A stretch of DNA of 64,000 bases, taken from positions 1-64,000 of the forward strand of contig JAPSGB010000010.1 in the NCBI GenBank assembly GCA_035063585.1. Direction: 5' to 3'. The DNA comes from Polyangiaceae bacterium. GTDB taxonomy: Bacteria; Myxococcota_A; Polyangia; Polyangiales; Polyangiaceae. The notes below the pieces were generated by a model that was not told the origin of the DNA, ran no database searches, and saw nothing but the letters and a program-made list of their open reading frames with translations. The position numbers and the translations under genes were made by a program. Below are positions 1 to 9,172 of this stretch, one piece after another; position 1 is the stretch's first letter; each line of letters starts with the position of its first letter.

Positions 1-208
1 CGCCAGCGCTCGGGCGCTGGTCGCTGCCCCGGCTGCCGAACTTTCCGGCCCGACGTCGCTCCGCGGACCCTCCACGGCCGGTGGACCCGGCTCGTCATCA
101 GGACGACCGATCAAGGCTGGCTCGAGTGTAGCGCGACTTTGGACGCGCATGCGGGCGCGCTATCCTCACGAGCCGCGCCCCGAGTGGCGCCGCCCCGCCC
201 CCGAGCCG

Positions 209-925
209 ATGACCGCCGCGCCCACCGAGCTCCTCCACCGTGACGACCAGCTCGTGGTCGTGAACAAACCAGCCGGCGTGCTCGTGCACCGGACCGAGCT
301 CGCCCCGGACCGCGACGTCCTCATGATGCGCGTGCGCGACTTGATCGGAGCTCACGTCTGGCCGGTGCATCGCCTCGACCGAGGCACTAGCGGCGCGCTC
401 GTCTTCGCGCTCTCCTCCGCGCGCGCGCACGAGCTCGCCCTCGCCTTCGAGCACGGCGGCGTGGAAAAGCGCTACCTGGCGCTCGCGCGCGGCGAGCCAC
501 CCCCGGAGGTCGAGGTGGACTACCCCGTTCCGCGAGGAGAAGGAAAGGCGCGCGTCCCCGCGCGCACGCGGTTTCGGCGCCTGTATGCGGGGGGCTGGTT
601 TTCCCTGATGGAAGCGGAGCCCTTCACCGGGCGATATCATCAGATCCGACGTCACCTCGCCCACCTCCGGCACCCGGTCGGCAACGATAGCAACTACGGT
701 ACCGGCTGGTTCAATCGCAAGCTGCGCGCCGACGCCGAGCTCCACCGCCTCGCGCTCCACGCCGCGTCGCTCACGCTGCCCGTACCGGGCGGCGTGCTCC
801 GCGTCGAGGCGCCGCTCCCGCCCGACTTCTCGGACGCGCTCCGGCGGCTCGGTGTCGTCGGGCCGTTAGCCGCCCTCGCGCCCTCGGCGCCTCCACCATT
901 GCCAGGTGAGGCGCCGGCGTTATGA
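209..925 (+). CDS. truC: RluA/TruC-family pseudouridine synthase (TruC-like)
   Basis: Motifs VNKPAGVLVH, catalytic HRLDRGTSG, GRYHQIRRHLAHLRHPVGND and LALHA. ATG 209 preferred over 149. Substrate assignment is tentative. Confidence 0.75.
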   Translation: MTAAPTELLHRDDQLVVVNKPAGVLVHRTELAPDRDVLMMRVRDLIGAHVWPVHRLDRGTSGALVFALSSARAHELALAFEHGGVEKRYLALARGEPPPEVEVDYPVPRGEGKARVPARTRFRRLYAGGWFSLMEAEPFTGRYHQIRRHLAHLRHPVGNDSNYGTGWFNRKLRADAELHRLALHAASLTLPVPGGVLRVEAPLPPDFSDALRRLGVVGPLAALAPSAPPPLPGEAPAL

Positions 926-926
926 G

Positions 927-3900
927 ATGCGCCGCATGCTCCCTACGGTGCTGGTCGGTGCGCGCACGCACAACCTCGACGGCGTAAACCTCGAGCTCTT
1001 TCCCGGTGAGGTCGTGGCGATCACCGGCGTGTCGGGTGCGGGCAAGAGCTCGCTCGCCATGGACACGCTCTACGCCGAGGGGCAGCGCCGCTTCGTCGAG
1101 AGCTTCAGCCCGTACGCGCGGCAGTTCCTCGAGCGGCTCGAGCGGCCGCCGATGGAGCGGCTCGAGCCGGTGCCGGCGGGGGTCGCGGTCGACCGGCGCG
1201 CGCCCATCAAGAGCTCGCGGTCGACCGTCGCGACCATGGCAGACCTCGAGCCGTACCTCTCCGCGCTCTTCACCCGCGAGGCGCGGCCGGCGTGCCCGGA
1301 GCATGGCGTCGAGGCGGTCTACCTCGACGCCGGCGCGGCCGCCACGCGGGTGGCGCGCGAGCTCACCGGCCGGGCGGTGGTTGCGTATCCGCGCGCGGTC
1401 GAGAGCGCGGAGCGCTACCTCGAGCTCCGCGAAGAGCTCGCGCGCGACGGCTATCGGCGGCTCTGGGTAGGCGGTCGCGCGGCGACCATCGACGAGGTGA
1501 AGCCCTCCGAGGCGGTCCCCGGCGTGGAGGTGGTGCTCGATCGCGTGAGCACGCGCGACCGGAAGCGCCTCTCGGGCGACATCGAGACCGCCTGGCGGCT
1601 CGGCGGCGAGGCGAGGATCCATGGGGACTCGGGCGAGCTCACGGTGGCGCGCGGGCTCGGCTGCCCGGTGTGCGCGCGGCGCTTCGACGCGGCGCGCCCG
1701 GGGCTCTTCAGCTACGAGTCGCCGCTCGGGGCGTGCCCGGAATGCCGCGGCTTCGGGCGCACGCTCGGCATCGACCTCGAGCGCGTGCTCCCTGATCGGT
1801 CTCGCTCGCTCGCTCAGCGGGTGATTCGCCCCTGGTCCGGCAAGAGCACCACCTGGGAGCGCGCCGAGCTCGCCAAGATGTGTCGGCGTGAGCGCGTGTC
1901 GATGGACACTCCCTGGGAGGCGCTCACCGAGCGAGAGCGGTCGCTCGTGCTCGAGGGCGATGGCGCCTGGGAAGAGGGGAAGTTTCCCGGCGTCATGGGC
2001 TGGTTTCGCTGGCTCGAGACCCGCACCTACAAGATGCACGTCCGGGTGCTGCTCTCGCGCTACCGGTCGTATGACGTCTGTCGAGTGTGTTACGGCAAGC
2101 GCCTGAACGAGCGGGCGCTCGCCTGGCGCGTGAGCGGCATCGATCTGGCCGCGTGGCACGCGCTCTCGATCGCCGAGGCGCATGCGCGGCTCGCCCTGCT
2201 CGAGACCCGGAGCGGGCAGGGCGCGATCGCGCGGAGCGAGCTCGAGAGCCGGCTCGGCTACCTCGAGCGCGTCGGCCTCGGTTACCTCACCCTCGACCGG
2301 CAAGCCCGCACCCTGAGCGGCGGCGAGGCGCAGCGAGTGACCTTGACCGCAGCGCTCGGTACCTCGCTCCATAGCGCGCTCTTCGTGCTCGACGAGCCGA
2401 CCGTCGGGCTCCACGCGGCCGACGTCGCGCCGCTCGGCGGCATGCTGCGCGAGCTCGCCGACCGCGGTAATGCCGTCTTGGTCGTCGAGCACGACCCCGC
2501 CATCATCCGCGTCGCCGACCGGGTGATCGAGCTCGGACCGGGCGCGGGTGCGGCCGGCGGCCGCGTCGTCGCGGACGGCTCTCCCGTCGCGGTCGCGAGA
2601 GCCGGCGGAGCGACCGCGCGCGCCCTCGCCCCGCGCGGCGCGGCCGGGCGCGCGCCGCGCGAGTCCGCGACCTCGCTCATCGTGCGGGGTGCGGCCGAGA
2701 ACAACCTCCGCGGGATCGACGTCGAGCTGCCGCTCGGGGTCGTGTGCGCGATCGCCGGGCCGAGCGGCTCGGGAAAGAGCACGCTCGCGGTGGACATCGT
2801 CTACCGAGCGCTCGCGCGGTCGCTCGGAGCGCTCGATGTCGAGCTGCCCGGCTCGCACGCTGGAATCACGGGCGCCCAGGCGATCCGACGCGTGGCCCTC
2901 GTCGATCAGGCGCCGCTCGGTCGCACCTCACGCGGAAACGCTGCGACCTACACCAAGGCGTGGGACGTCGTGCGTCGCACGTTCGCCGCTGAAGACGTCG
3001 CGCTCGCTCGTGGGATCACCGCATCTCACTTCTCATTCAACGTGGAGGGCGGGCGCTGCGAGGCCTGCTCCGGCGAGGGCTACGAGACGGTGGAGATGCA
3101 GTTCCTCGCCGACGTACGCCTCGAGTGCCCGGTGTGCCGGGGCCGGCGCTTCAAGGATGAGGTGCTCGAGGTGCGCCACCTGGGCAAGAGCGTGGCGGAG
3201 GTGCTCGAGCTCACCGTCGACGAGACGCTCGCGCTCTTCCGCGCCGAACCAGCCATCCAGCGGAGCCTCGGTCCGGTCGCGCGGCTCGGGCTCGGCTATC
3301 TCCGGGTCGGGCAGCCGCTCTCCACGCTGAGCGGCGGCGAGGCACAGCGCCTGAAGCTCGCGCGCGCGCTCGCGGACGATCATCAGGGCAGCCTGCTCAT
3401 CCTCGACGAGCCGAGCGCTGGGCTCCACGCCGACGAGGTCGGGCACCTGCTCGGTGCGCTCGACGTGATCGTGGAGGGAGGTGGGAGCGTTCTCGTGGTC
3501 GAGCACGATCTCGACGTCATTCGCGCGGCCGACTACGTCATCGAGCTCGGCCCTGGCGCCGGCCGCGATGGGGGCGAAGTGGTGGCACGCGGCACGCCGG
3601 AGCAGCTCGCCCGCGCCGGGACACGCACCGGCGCGGCGCTCCGCACCGAAGCCGGTCCGCTGCGAGCGCGACCGCTCCGCCATCGTCGGGCCAAGCCGGC
3701 GCTCGCCATCACCCGTGCGCGCGAGCACAACCTCCGGGAGGTGAGCCTGGCGATTCCGCACGGTGCCCTCACCGTCATCACCGGGCCGAGCGGCTCGGGC
3801 AAGAGCACGCTCGCGTTCGACGTCGTGTTCGCCGAAGGGCAGCGCCGCTTCCTCGAGACGCTCACCCCGTACGCGCGGCAGTTCTTGCCCACCATGCCGC

Positions 3901-6179
3901 GGCCCGACGTGGACAGCGTGATCGGCGTGCCGCCGTCGATCGCCCTCGAGCAGCGCACCGCCCGAGCCGGCGGCAGCTCGACGGTCGCTACCGTGACCGA
4001 GGTCGCACACTACCTCCGGCTCATGTTCGCGAAGCTCGGGGTCGCGCACTGCCCGGAGCACGACGCGCCCATCGAACGGCGGAGCGCGGCCGCGATCTTC
4101 GCCGCGCTGTCGGGTCGCCTGACGCTCCTCGCGCCGGCGGTGACCGCGCGGAAAGGGACGTATCTCGAGGTCTTCGCCGGAGCGGCGCGGGAAGGGATCC
4201 GGGCGGCCATCGTGGACGGTGAGCGCGTGTCCACCGACGAGCCTCCGCGGCTGGCCCGCAGCCGCGAGCACGACATCGATCTCGTGATGGTCGACAACGC
4301 GCGGGTCGAGCGTGAAGTGTTCGACAGGGCGCTCGCCTGGGGCAACGGCGCGGTGAAGGTCGTTCGTGGCGGCCGGGTCGAGCTCTTCAGCACGCGGAGC
4401 GCGTGCCCGACCTGCGGTCTGTCCGTCCCCGAGCTCGACCCGCGATTTTTCTCGTTCAACACCAAGCAAGGCAAGTGCGCGCGCTGCGACGGCGAGGGAG
4501 CGCTCACGAGCGAGCGGCGCGGCAAGACGATCGTGGCGGCGTGCCCCGCCTGCGGCGGCGCGCGACTCGCGCCGCTCCCGCGCGCGGTGCGTCTGCTCGG
4601 TGAGCGCTACCACGAGTTTACCGCACGGTCGGTCGGCTCGGCGCTCGAGCGGGTGAGGGCCTGGCGCTTCGCGAAGCACGAGCAGCCCATCGCCGGCCCG
4701 GTAGTCGTAGAGCTCGCGCGGCGCCTCGGGTTCCTCGAGGAGGTCGGGCTCGAGTATCTCGCGCTCGAGCGTCCGGCGCGTACCTTGAGCGGCGGCGAGA
4801 TGCAGCGGCTCCGGCTCGCGGCGCAGCTCGGCGCCGGGCTCACCGGCGCGCTCTACGTGCTCGACGAGCCGACCATCGGACTGCACCCCCGTGATACTTC
4901 CCGGCTGCTCGGCAATCTTCGCAGCTTGGTCGACCTCGGCTCGACCGTGGTGGTGGTCGAGCACGACGCGGACACCATCCGCGCGGCCGACCACCTGGTG
5001 GATCTCGGACCGGGCGGCGGCGCGCTCGGCGGTCGCGTGGTCGCCGAGGGGACGCCGGCGGCGGTGTTGAAGCGGCGCGATTCACCGACCGGGCGCGCGC
5101 TCAGCGCGCCGACCCGGCTCCGCGTGGCCCGTCCGGTCGAGGCGCGCGGCGCTTGGCTCGAGCTCACCGGCGCGACCGCGCACAACCTGAAGAACGTGGA
5201 GCTTCGCGTTCCGCTCGGGCGGTTCACGGTGGTGGCGGGGGTGAGCGGCTCGGGCAAGAGCACGCTCGTGAGCCAGGTGCTCTTGCCCGCGCTTCGAAGG
5301 AAGCTCGGGCTCGTCGCCGAGGACCCGGGCGCGCATCGCGCGCTCAGCGGGTTCGGAGCGCTCCGCCGCGCGGTCGCGGTGGATCAGGCGCCGATCGGAC
5401 GCACCCCGCGCTCGGTGCCGGCGACCTTCCTCGGCATCTGGGATGTGATCCGTCGGCTCTATGCCTCGGCGCCAGACGCGCAGGTCGCCGGCTTCGACGC
5501 CTCACGGTTCAGCTTCAACACGCCGAAGGGCGGGCGCTGCACCACCTGCGGAGGTCAAGGGGTCATCACCCACGAGATGAGCTTCTTGCCCGACGTCGTC
5601 ACCGCGTGCCCCGCGTGCGGCGGCGCCCGCTTCGAACCGCGCACGCTCGACGTGAGGTATCTCGGGCTCTCGATTGGAGAGCTCCTCGAGCTCGACGTCG
5701 AGCGGGCGGTCGAGGTGTTCGCCAATCACCCGCAGATCTCGCGGCCGCTCGCGACGCTCACCGAGCTCGGGTGCGGATACATCAAGCTCGGGCAGGGCTC
5801 GCACACGCTGAGCGGCGGTGAGGCCCAGCGCCTCAAGCTCGCGGCCGAGCTCACCGCCTCGAGCCACCACGAGCCCACGCTCTACGTCCTCGACGAGCCC
5901 ACCACCGGGCTGCACCTCGCCGACGTCTCGAAGCTCATGAGCGTGCTCGATCGACTCGTCGAGCGAGGTGATACGCTGGTGGTCATCGAGCACCACCCAG
6001 TGGTCATCGGCGGAGCAGACTACCTCGTCGAGCTCGGGCCCGAGGGTGGCGCGGCCGGCGGGCGCATCGTCGCCGAGGGCTCGCCCCAGGCGGTGGCCCA
6101 GCAGAAGACCGCGACCGGCGCCGTGCTCCGCGCGCTCGCCCAGCCTACCGGCCGAGGACCCGCTCGGGCTCGATCTTGA
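927..6179 (+). CDS. uvrA: Excinuclease ABC subunit A, double-length (two tandem UvrA units)
   Basis: Four Walker A motifs (GVSGAGKS, GPSGSGKS x2, GVSGSGKS), four LSGGE signatures, LDEP Walker B motifs, two AEGQRRF-E-SPYARQFL-type blocks and CxxC zinc fingers. Start at 927 or 936. Confidence 0.95.
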   Translation: MRRMLPTVLVGARTHNLDGVNLELFPGEVVAITGVSGAGKSSLAMDTLYAEGQRRFVESFSPYARQFLERLERPPMERLEPVPAGVAVDRRAPIKSSRSTVATMADLEPYLSALFTREARPACPEHGVEAVYLDAGAAATRVARELTGRAVVAYPRAVESAERYLELREELARDGYRRLWVGGRAATIDEVKPSEAVPGVEVVLDRVSTRDRKRLSGDIETAWRLGGEARIHGDSGELTVARGLGCPVCARRFDAARPGLFSYESPLGACPECRGFGRTLGIDLERVLPDRSRSLAQRVIRPWSGKSTTWERAELAKMCRRERVSMDTPWEALTERERSLVLEGDGAWEEGKFPGVMGWFRWLETRTYKMHVRVLLSRYRSYDVCRVCYGKRLNERALAWRVSGIDLAAWHALSIAEAHARLALLETRSGQGAIARSELESRLGYLERVGLGYLTLDRQARTLSGGEAQRVTLTAALGTSLHSALFVLDEPTVGLHAADVAPLGGMLRELADRGNAVLVVEHDPAIIRVADRVIELGPGAGAAGGRVVADGSPVAVARAGGATARALAPRGAAGRAPRESATSLIVRGAAENNLRGIDVELPLGVVCAIAGPSGSGKSTLAVDIVYRALARSLGALDVELPGSHAGITGAQAIRRVALVDQAPLGRTSRGNAATYTKAWDVVRRTFAAEDVALARGITASHFSFNVEGGRCEACSGEGYETVEMQFLADVRLECPVCRGRRFKDEVLEVRHLGKSVAEVLELTVDETLALFRAEPAIQRSLGPVARLGLGYLRVGQPLSTLSGGEAQRLKLARALADDHQGSLLILDEPSAGLHADEVGHLLGALDVIVEGGGSVLVVEHDLDVIRAADYVIELGPGAGRDGGEVVARGTPEQLARAGTRTGAALRTEAGPLRARPLRHRRAKPALAITRAREHNLREVSLAIPHGALTVITGPSGSGKSTLAFDVVFAEGQRRFLETLTPYARQFLPTMPRPDVDSVIGVPPSIALEQRTARAGGSSTVATVTEVAHYLRLMFAKLGVAHCPEHDAPIERRSAAAIFAALSGRLTLLAPAVTARKGTYLEVFAGAAREGIRAAIVDGERVSTDEPPRLARSREHDIDLVMVDNARVEREVFDRALAWGNGAVKVVRGGRVELFSTRSACPTCGLSVPELDPRFFSFNTKQGKCARCDGEGALTSERRGKTIVAACPACGGARLAPLPRAVRLLGERYHEFTARSVGSALERVRAWRFAKHEQPIAGPVVVELARRLGFLEEVGLEYLALERPARTLSGGEMQRLRLAAQLGAGLTGALYVLDEPTIGLHPRDTSRLLGNLRSLVDLGSTVVVVEHDADTIRAADHLVDLGPGGGALGGRVVAEGTPAAVLKRRDSPTGRALSAPTRLRVARPVEARGAWLELTGATAHNLKNVELRVPLGRFTVVAGVSGSGKSTLVSQVLLPALRRKLGLVAEDPGAHRALSGFGALRRAVAVDQAPIGRTPRSVPATFLGIWDVIRRLYASAPDAQVAGFDASRFSFNTPKGGRCTTCGGQGVITHEMSFLPDVVTACPACGGARFEPRTLDVRYLGLSIGELLELDVERAVEVFANHPQISRPLATLTELGCGYIKLGQGSHTLSGGEAQRLKLAAELTASSHHEPTLYVLDEPTTGLHLADVSKLMSVLDRLVERGDTLVVIEHHPVVIGGADYLVELGPEGGAAGGRIVAEGSPQAVAQQKTATGAVLRALAQPTGRGPARARS

Positions 6180-6537
6180 GAACCACTCGGACGTCCCCGG
6201 GTCGGTTCCACGGGTACTTCTTGCCGATATACTTCTCGGCGAGCCGATCGATCCCCTCGAGCGCGCCCTCTGTCGTGATCTCGACGACCTTCCCGCGGAG
6301 CTCGATGTAGAGATAGGGGTCGTTCGCGTCCGCGATGGCGATGGCGACGTTCGGATCTTCCTTCAGGTGGCGCACCTTGGCGCGCTTCTCCTCGGAGTTG
6401 ATGATGACGTGCGTCCCGTCGTACTCGACCCAGACGGGCGTCACCTGGGGTTTTCCGTCTCCCCCTACCGTCGCGAGGTAGGCGAAGTTCTTTCCGTCGA
6501 GCAGCGCGCGTTGTCGGTCGTCGAGCGTGATGGCCAT
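6145..6537 (-). CDS. PPOX-class (split beta-barrel, possibly F420-dependent) oxidoreductase
   Basis: Real gene is the last 130 aa of ORF 6145..7767: MAITLDD...FAYLATVGGDGKPQVTPVW...K..HL..DPNVAI...YIELRG. GGAGA SD upstream. Overlaps the uvrA 3' end by 35 bp. Confidence 0.85.
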   Translation of the reverse strand: MAITLDDRQRALLDGKNFAYLATVGGDGKPQVTPVWVEYDGTHVIINSEEKRAKVRHLKEDPNVAIAIADANDPYLYIELRGKVVEITTEGALEGIDRLAEKYIGKKYPWNRPGDVRVVLKIEPERVLGR

Positions 6538-6671
6538 GCGGGTTCTCCGATTGAAAGGGGCGTCGTCAACGGACCGGGTCCGGCCCTGGGTGAGGTGGAG
6601 TCTAGGGCAGCGCCGCATCGGACGCTCGCCGGAGGGAAATTCGCGAAGATGACCGGGCCGCCGAGTCGCGC

Positions 6672-7679
6672 TCAGGCGCCCGCCGCGCCCTCGAGCCACT
6701 CGCCGAGCAGCGCCTGGCGCTCGACCTCGAGCCGCCCGAAGCAGCACGCCGCCTGCCGGGCGTCGCGGAGACAGCGCTCTTGCCCGTACGCTTCCATGTA
6801 CCCGTTGCCGCCGAGGAGTTGCACACCGTCGAGGGTCGCGCGCGCGGCACGCTCTTTCGCCTCGATGAAGCGCGCCCGAGCGAGCGGCGCGGGCAACTCG
6901 CCGCTCGCGAGCCGCTCGACGGCGTCGTGGCACGCTGCATGGTCGGCGAGCATTCGCGCCAGCATCGCGCGGACCTCCTGGTGCTCGATGATGAGGGCGC
7001 CGGCCTGGTAGCGGGACTGGGCGTAGTCGGTCGCGGTGCGGAGCGAGCGACCGACGATGCCCGCGCAGATTGCCGCCGCAGGCGCGCGGAGTCGCGCGAG
7101 CGCGCGACGAACGTCGACCTCGACTCGGCTGCTCGCGGCGGGCTCGAGGAGCTGCGCGTCCTTCGTGGGGCAGCCACGCATTCCGAGCGTGAGCAGCAGC
7201 GGCCCGAGGCGGATCGAGGTCGCCTCTGAAGCGACGATGAGCACGCTCGATTCGTCGAACGGGAGCACGAGATGGCTCGCCGGCCCGGCCCCGACCACGA
7301 GCTCCCACGCGCCGCCGTCGGCGATCTGCTCGCTGATGTCTGCGTAGAGTGGGTAAGCGAGGGGGCCGGGCGCCTCGAGGGCACGGGCGCGCGCTGCCGA
7401 GGACGGCGCGTCGAGCAGGAGCGCGCGCGCCGCGGCGTTGGCCAGGACGAGCGAGGCCGCTGCCGGGCTCACGTCGGCGAGCGTCTCGAGCGCGACGCCG
7501 AGCAGCGCGATCTCCTCGGGAGCCGCGCCAAGTTGGAAGAGCCCGAGCGCCCGGAGGCCGTCGACGACCGCGGGCGGAAGCGACTCGCCCTGCTCGAGCG
7601 CCTCGGTGAGCGGCTCGAGCGCCTCGGCCGCGAAGCGCGCGACGCTCGTCCTGAGGAGCTGCCTCTCGCCCCCGCTCAT
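6672..7679 (-). CDS. Acyl-CoA dehydrogenase-like protein (short, probably non-catalytic subunit)
   Basis: LGMRGCPT, YAQSRYQAGALIIEHQEV and VQLLGGNGYMEAYGQERCLRDA motifs, but no IYEGT motif. ATG overlaps the upstream gene's TGA (ATGA, 7676-7679). Confidence 0.85.
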   Translation of the reverse strand: MSGGERQLLRTSVARFAAEALEPLTEALEQGESLPPAVVDGLRALGLFQLGAAPEEIALLGVALETLADVSPAAASLVLANAAARALLLDAPSSAARARALEAPGPLAYPLYADISEQIADGGAWELVVGAGPASHLVLPFDESSVLIVASEATSIRLGPLLLTLGMRGCPTKDAQLLEPAASSRVEVDVRRALARLRAPAAAICAGIVGRSLRTATDYAQSRYQAGALIIEHQEVRAMLARMLADHAACHDAVERLASGELPAPLARARFIEAKERAARATLDGVQLLGGNGYMEAYGQERCLRDARQAACCFGRLEVERQALLGEWLEGAAGA

Positions 7680-9061
7680 CGCCGGTGCGCTCCGCCGAGG
7701 GCCTTCTTGAAGATCTCGATACGGTTGAGCTGGTTCGTGCCCTCGTAGATCTGGAGGAGCTTGGCATCCCGGAAGAGCTTCTCCACGCCGGCGTCGTGAC
7801 GGAGCCCGCTCGCGCCGAGGATGTCGAGCGCGAGCCCGCAGTTCTCGACCGCGAGATCGCTCGCGGCCGCCTTCGCGACCGCGCCGCTCGCCGAGGTCGC
7901 GGCGACTTGCCAGTCGTGGAGCCCAGCGACGCCGCCCTCGACGCGCTCGCGCGCGATCCGCGAGCGCAGCGCGCGCTTCACGGGCGCGCTCGCGAGGAGC
8001 CTCGCCGGCAACCGCTCGAGGAGCGCGCCGGCTTGCATCAGCGACAAGAGCCCGAAGAGCTCGTTCTGGAGCATCGCCGAGACGTAAGCCATCCGCGCGA
8101 GCTCGGTGTTCATGTGCATCTGGGCGAGCCTCATCTGCACCCACTGCTCGCCGATGAGCGGGCGAGCGCCGAGCCGGTGCGTGTCGGCGAACGCGCGAGC
8201 GCGCTCGAGCGCGCCGCGCGCGACCCCGGCGGCGAACGCTCCGACCCCGCCGCGCGTCGCGCCGAAGATGAGGTCGATGCGGCGCCCGGGGAGCGCCTCC
8301 TTACCGAGGCGTTGCCGCTCGGCCACGAAGCAATCTTCGAACACGAGCTCGGCGGCGGGGCACGCCTTCTGCCCCATCTTCCGCTCGACGCGGCCGAGCG
8401 AGAACCCCGGGGTGCCCGCTTCGACCAGGAACGCGAAGGTCGTCTCCACCGGCGCGCGCCGGTCGGTGGGCATGTAGACGACGTGCGTCGCGGCGATGCT
8501 CCCGTTGCTGATGAAGATCTTGCGGCCGTTCAAGCGATAGCCGCCCGCGACCGGGGTCGCCTCGCAGGTGATCCGAGCCGTGGCGAGGAAGTCGGCGTCC
8601 TCGGTGTCCGTCCCGGCGCCCGGCTCCGTGATGCCGGTGGAGAGCAGCTTCGGGCGGCCGGCCCGTTCGCTCTCGACGAGCGCGCGGCTCACGCGCTCGA
8701 GGCCCGCGAGATCCCCGGTAGCTGCTACCGAGGTGATCGCCAGGCCGTGCACGGCGAGCAGATTCGCGATTCCGACGCAGCCGGCCGAGATCTCCTCGAG
8801 GGTGAGCATGACCGCGCCGAAGGGCAGCCCCAAGCCGCCGAAGGCCTTGGGCACCAGGCTCGTGAAGAGGCGTCGCCGCGCCGCCTCAGCGAGGATGTCT
8901 TCTGCCACGTAGCGTGGATTTTCCATCATGCGCCGCTCGAGCTCGAGCGCGTTCGGCTCGACCACGCGCGCGCGGAACTCTCGCGCGTGGTCGAAGGCGC
9001 GCTCGAGGACGTCGATGTGTCGGGGTCGCGAGGCGCGGAGCGCCGCGAACATGGGATACAT
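7676..9061 (-). CDS. Acyl-CoA dehydrogenase
   Basis: ITEPGAGTD, YRLNGRKIFISNG, KMGQKA and EKLFRDAKLLQIYEGTNQ (catalytic Glu). Start uncertain (9061/9052 vs 9157); the longer start would include a copy of the intergenic repeat. Confidence 0.9.
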   Translation of the reverse strand: MYPMFAALRASRPRHIDVLERAFDHAREFRARVVEPNALELERRMMENPRYVAEDILAEAARRRLFTSLVPKAFGGLGLPFGAVMLTLEEISAGCVGIANLLAVHGLAITSVAATGDLAGLERVSRALVESERAGRPKLLSTGITEPGAGTDTEDADFLATARITCEATPVAGGYRLNGRKIFISNGSIAATHVVYMPTDRRAPVETTFAFLVEAGTPGFSLGRVERKMGQKACPAAELVFEDCFVAERQRLGKEALPGRRIDLIFGATRGGVGAFAAGVARGALERARAFADTHRLGARPLIGEQWVQMRLAQMHMNTELARMAYVSAMLQNELFGLLSLMQAGALLERLPARLLASAPVKRALRSRIARERVEGGVAGLHDWQVAATSASGAVAKAAASDLAVENCGLALDILGASGLRHDAGVEKLFRDAKLLQIYEGTNQLNRIEIFKKALGGAHRR

Positions 9062-9133
9062 CTGATCGAAGTCGCGGCTCGCCGCGGGCGCTGCGCGACG
9101 GGGGGTGCGGCGCCCAGCGTGCTCGCGCCCCTG

Positions 9134-9152
9134 GGTTCCGCGCCGGACCGAC
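9134..9152 (-). repeat. Dispersed 19-bp element GTCGGTCCGGCGCGGAACC, exact copy
   Basis: Reads GGTTCCGCGCCGGACCGAC on the + strand. Confidence 0.85.
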
Positions 9153-9172
9153 ATCAAGGATCCCCCGCAGGC

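Noticed and set aside
6538..7767. Apparent 540-aa fusion ORF ending in the PPOX domain
   Set aside because: The N-terminal part is an off-frame shadow of the ACAD gene; the PPOX gene has its own SD and ATG at 6537.
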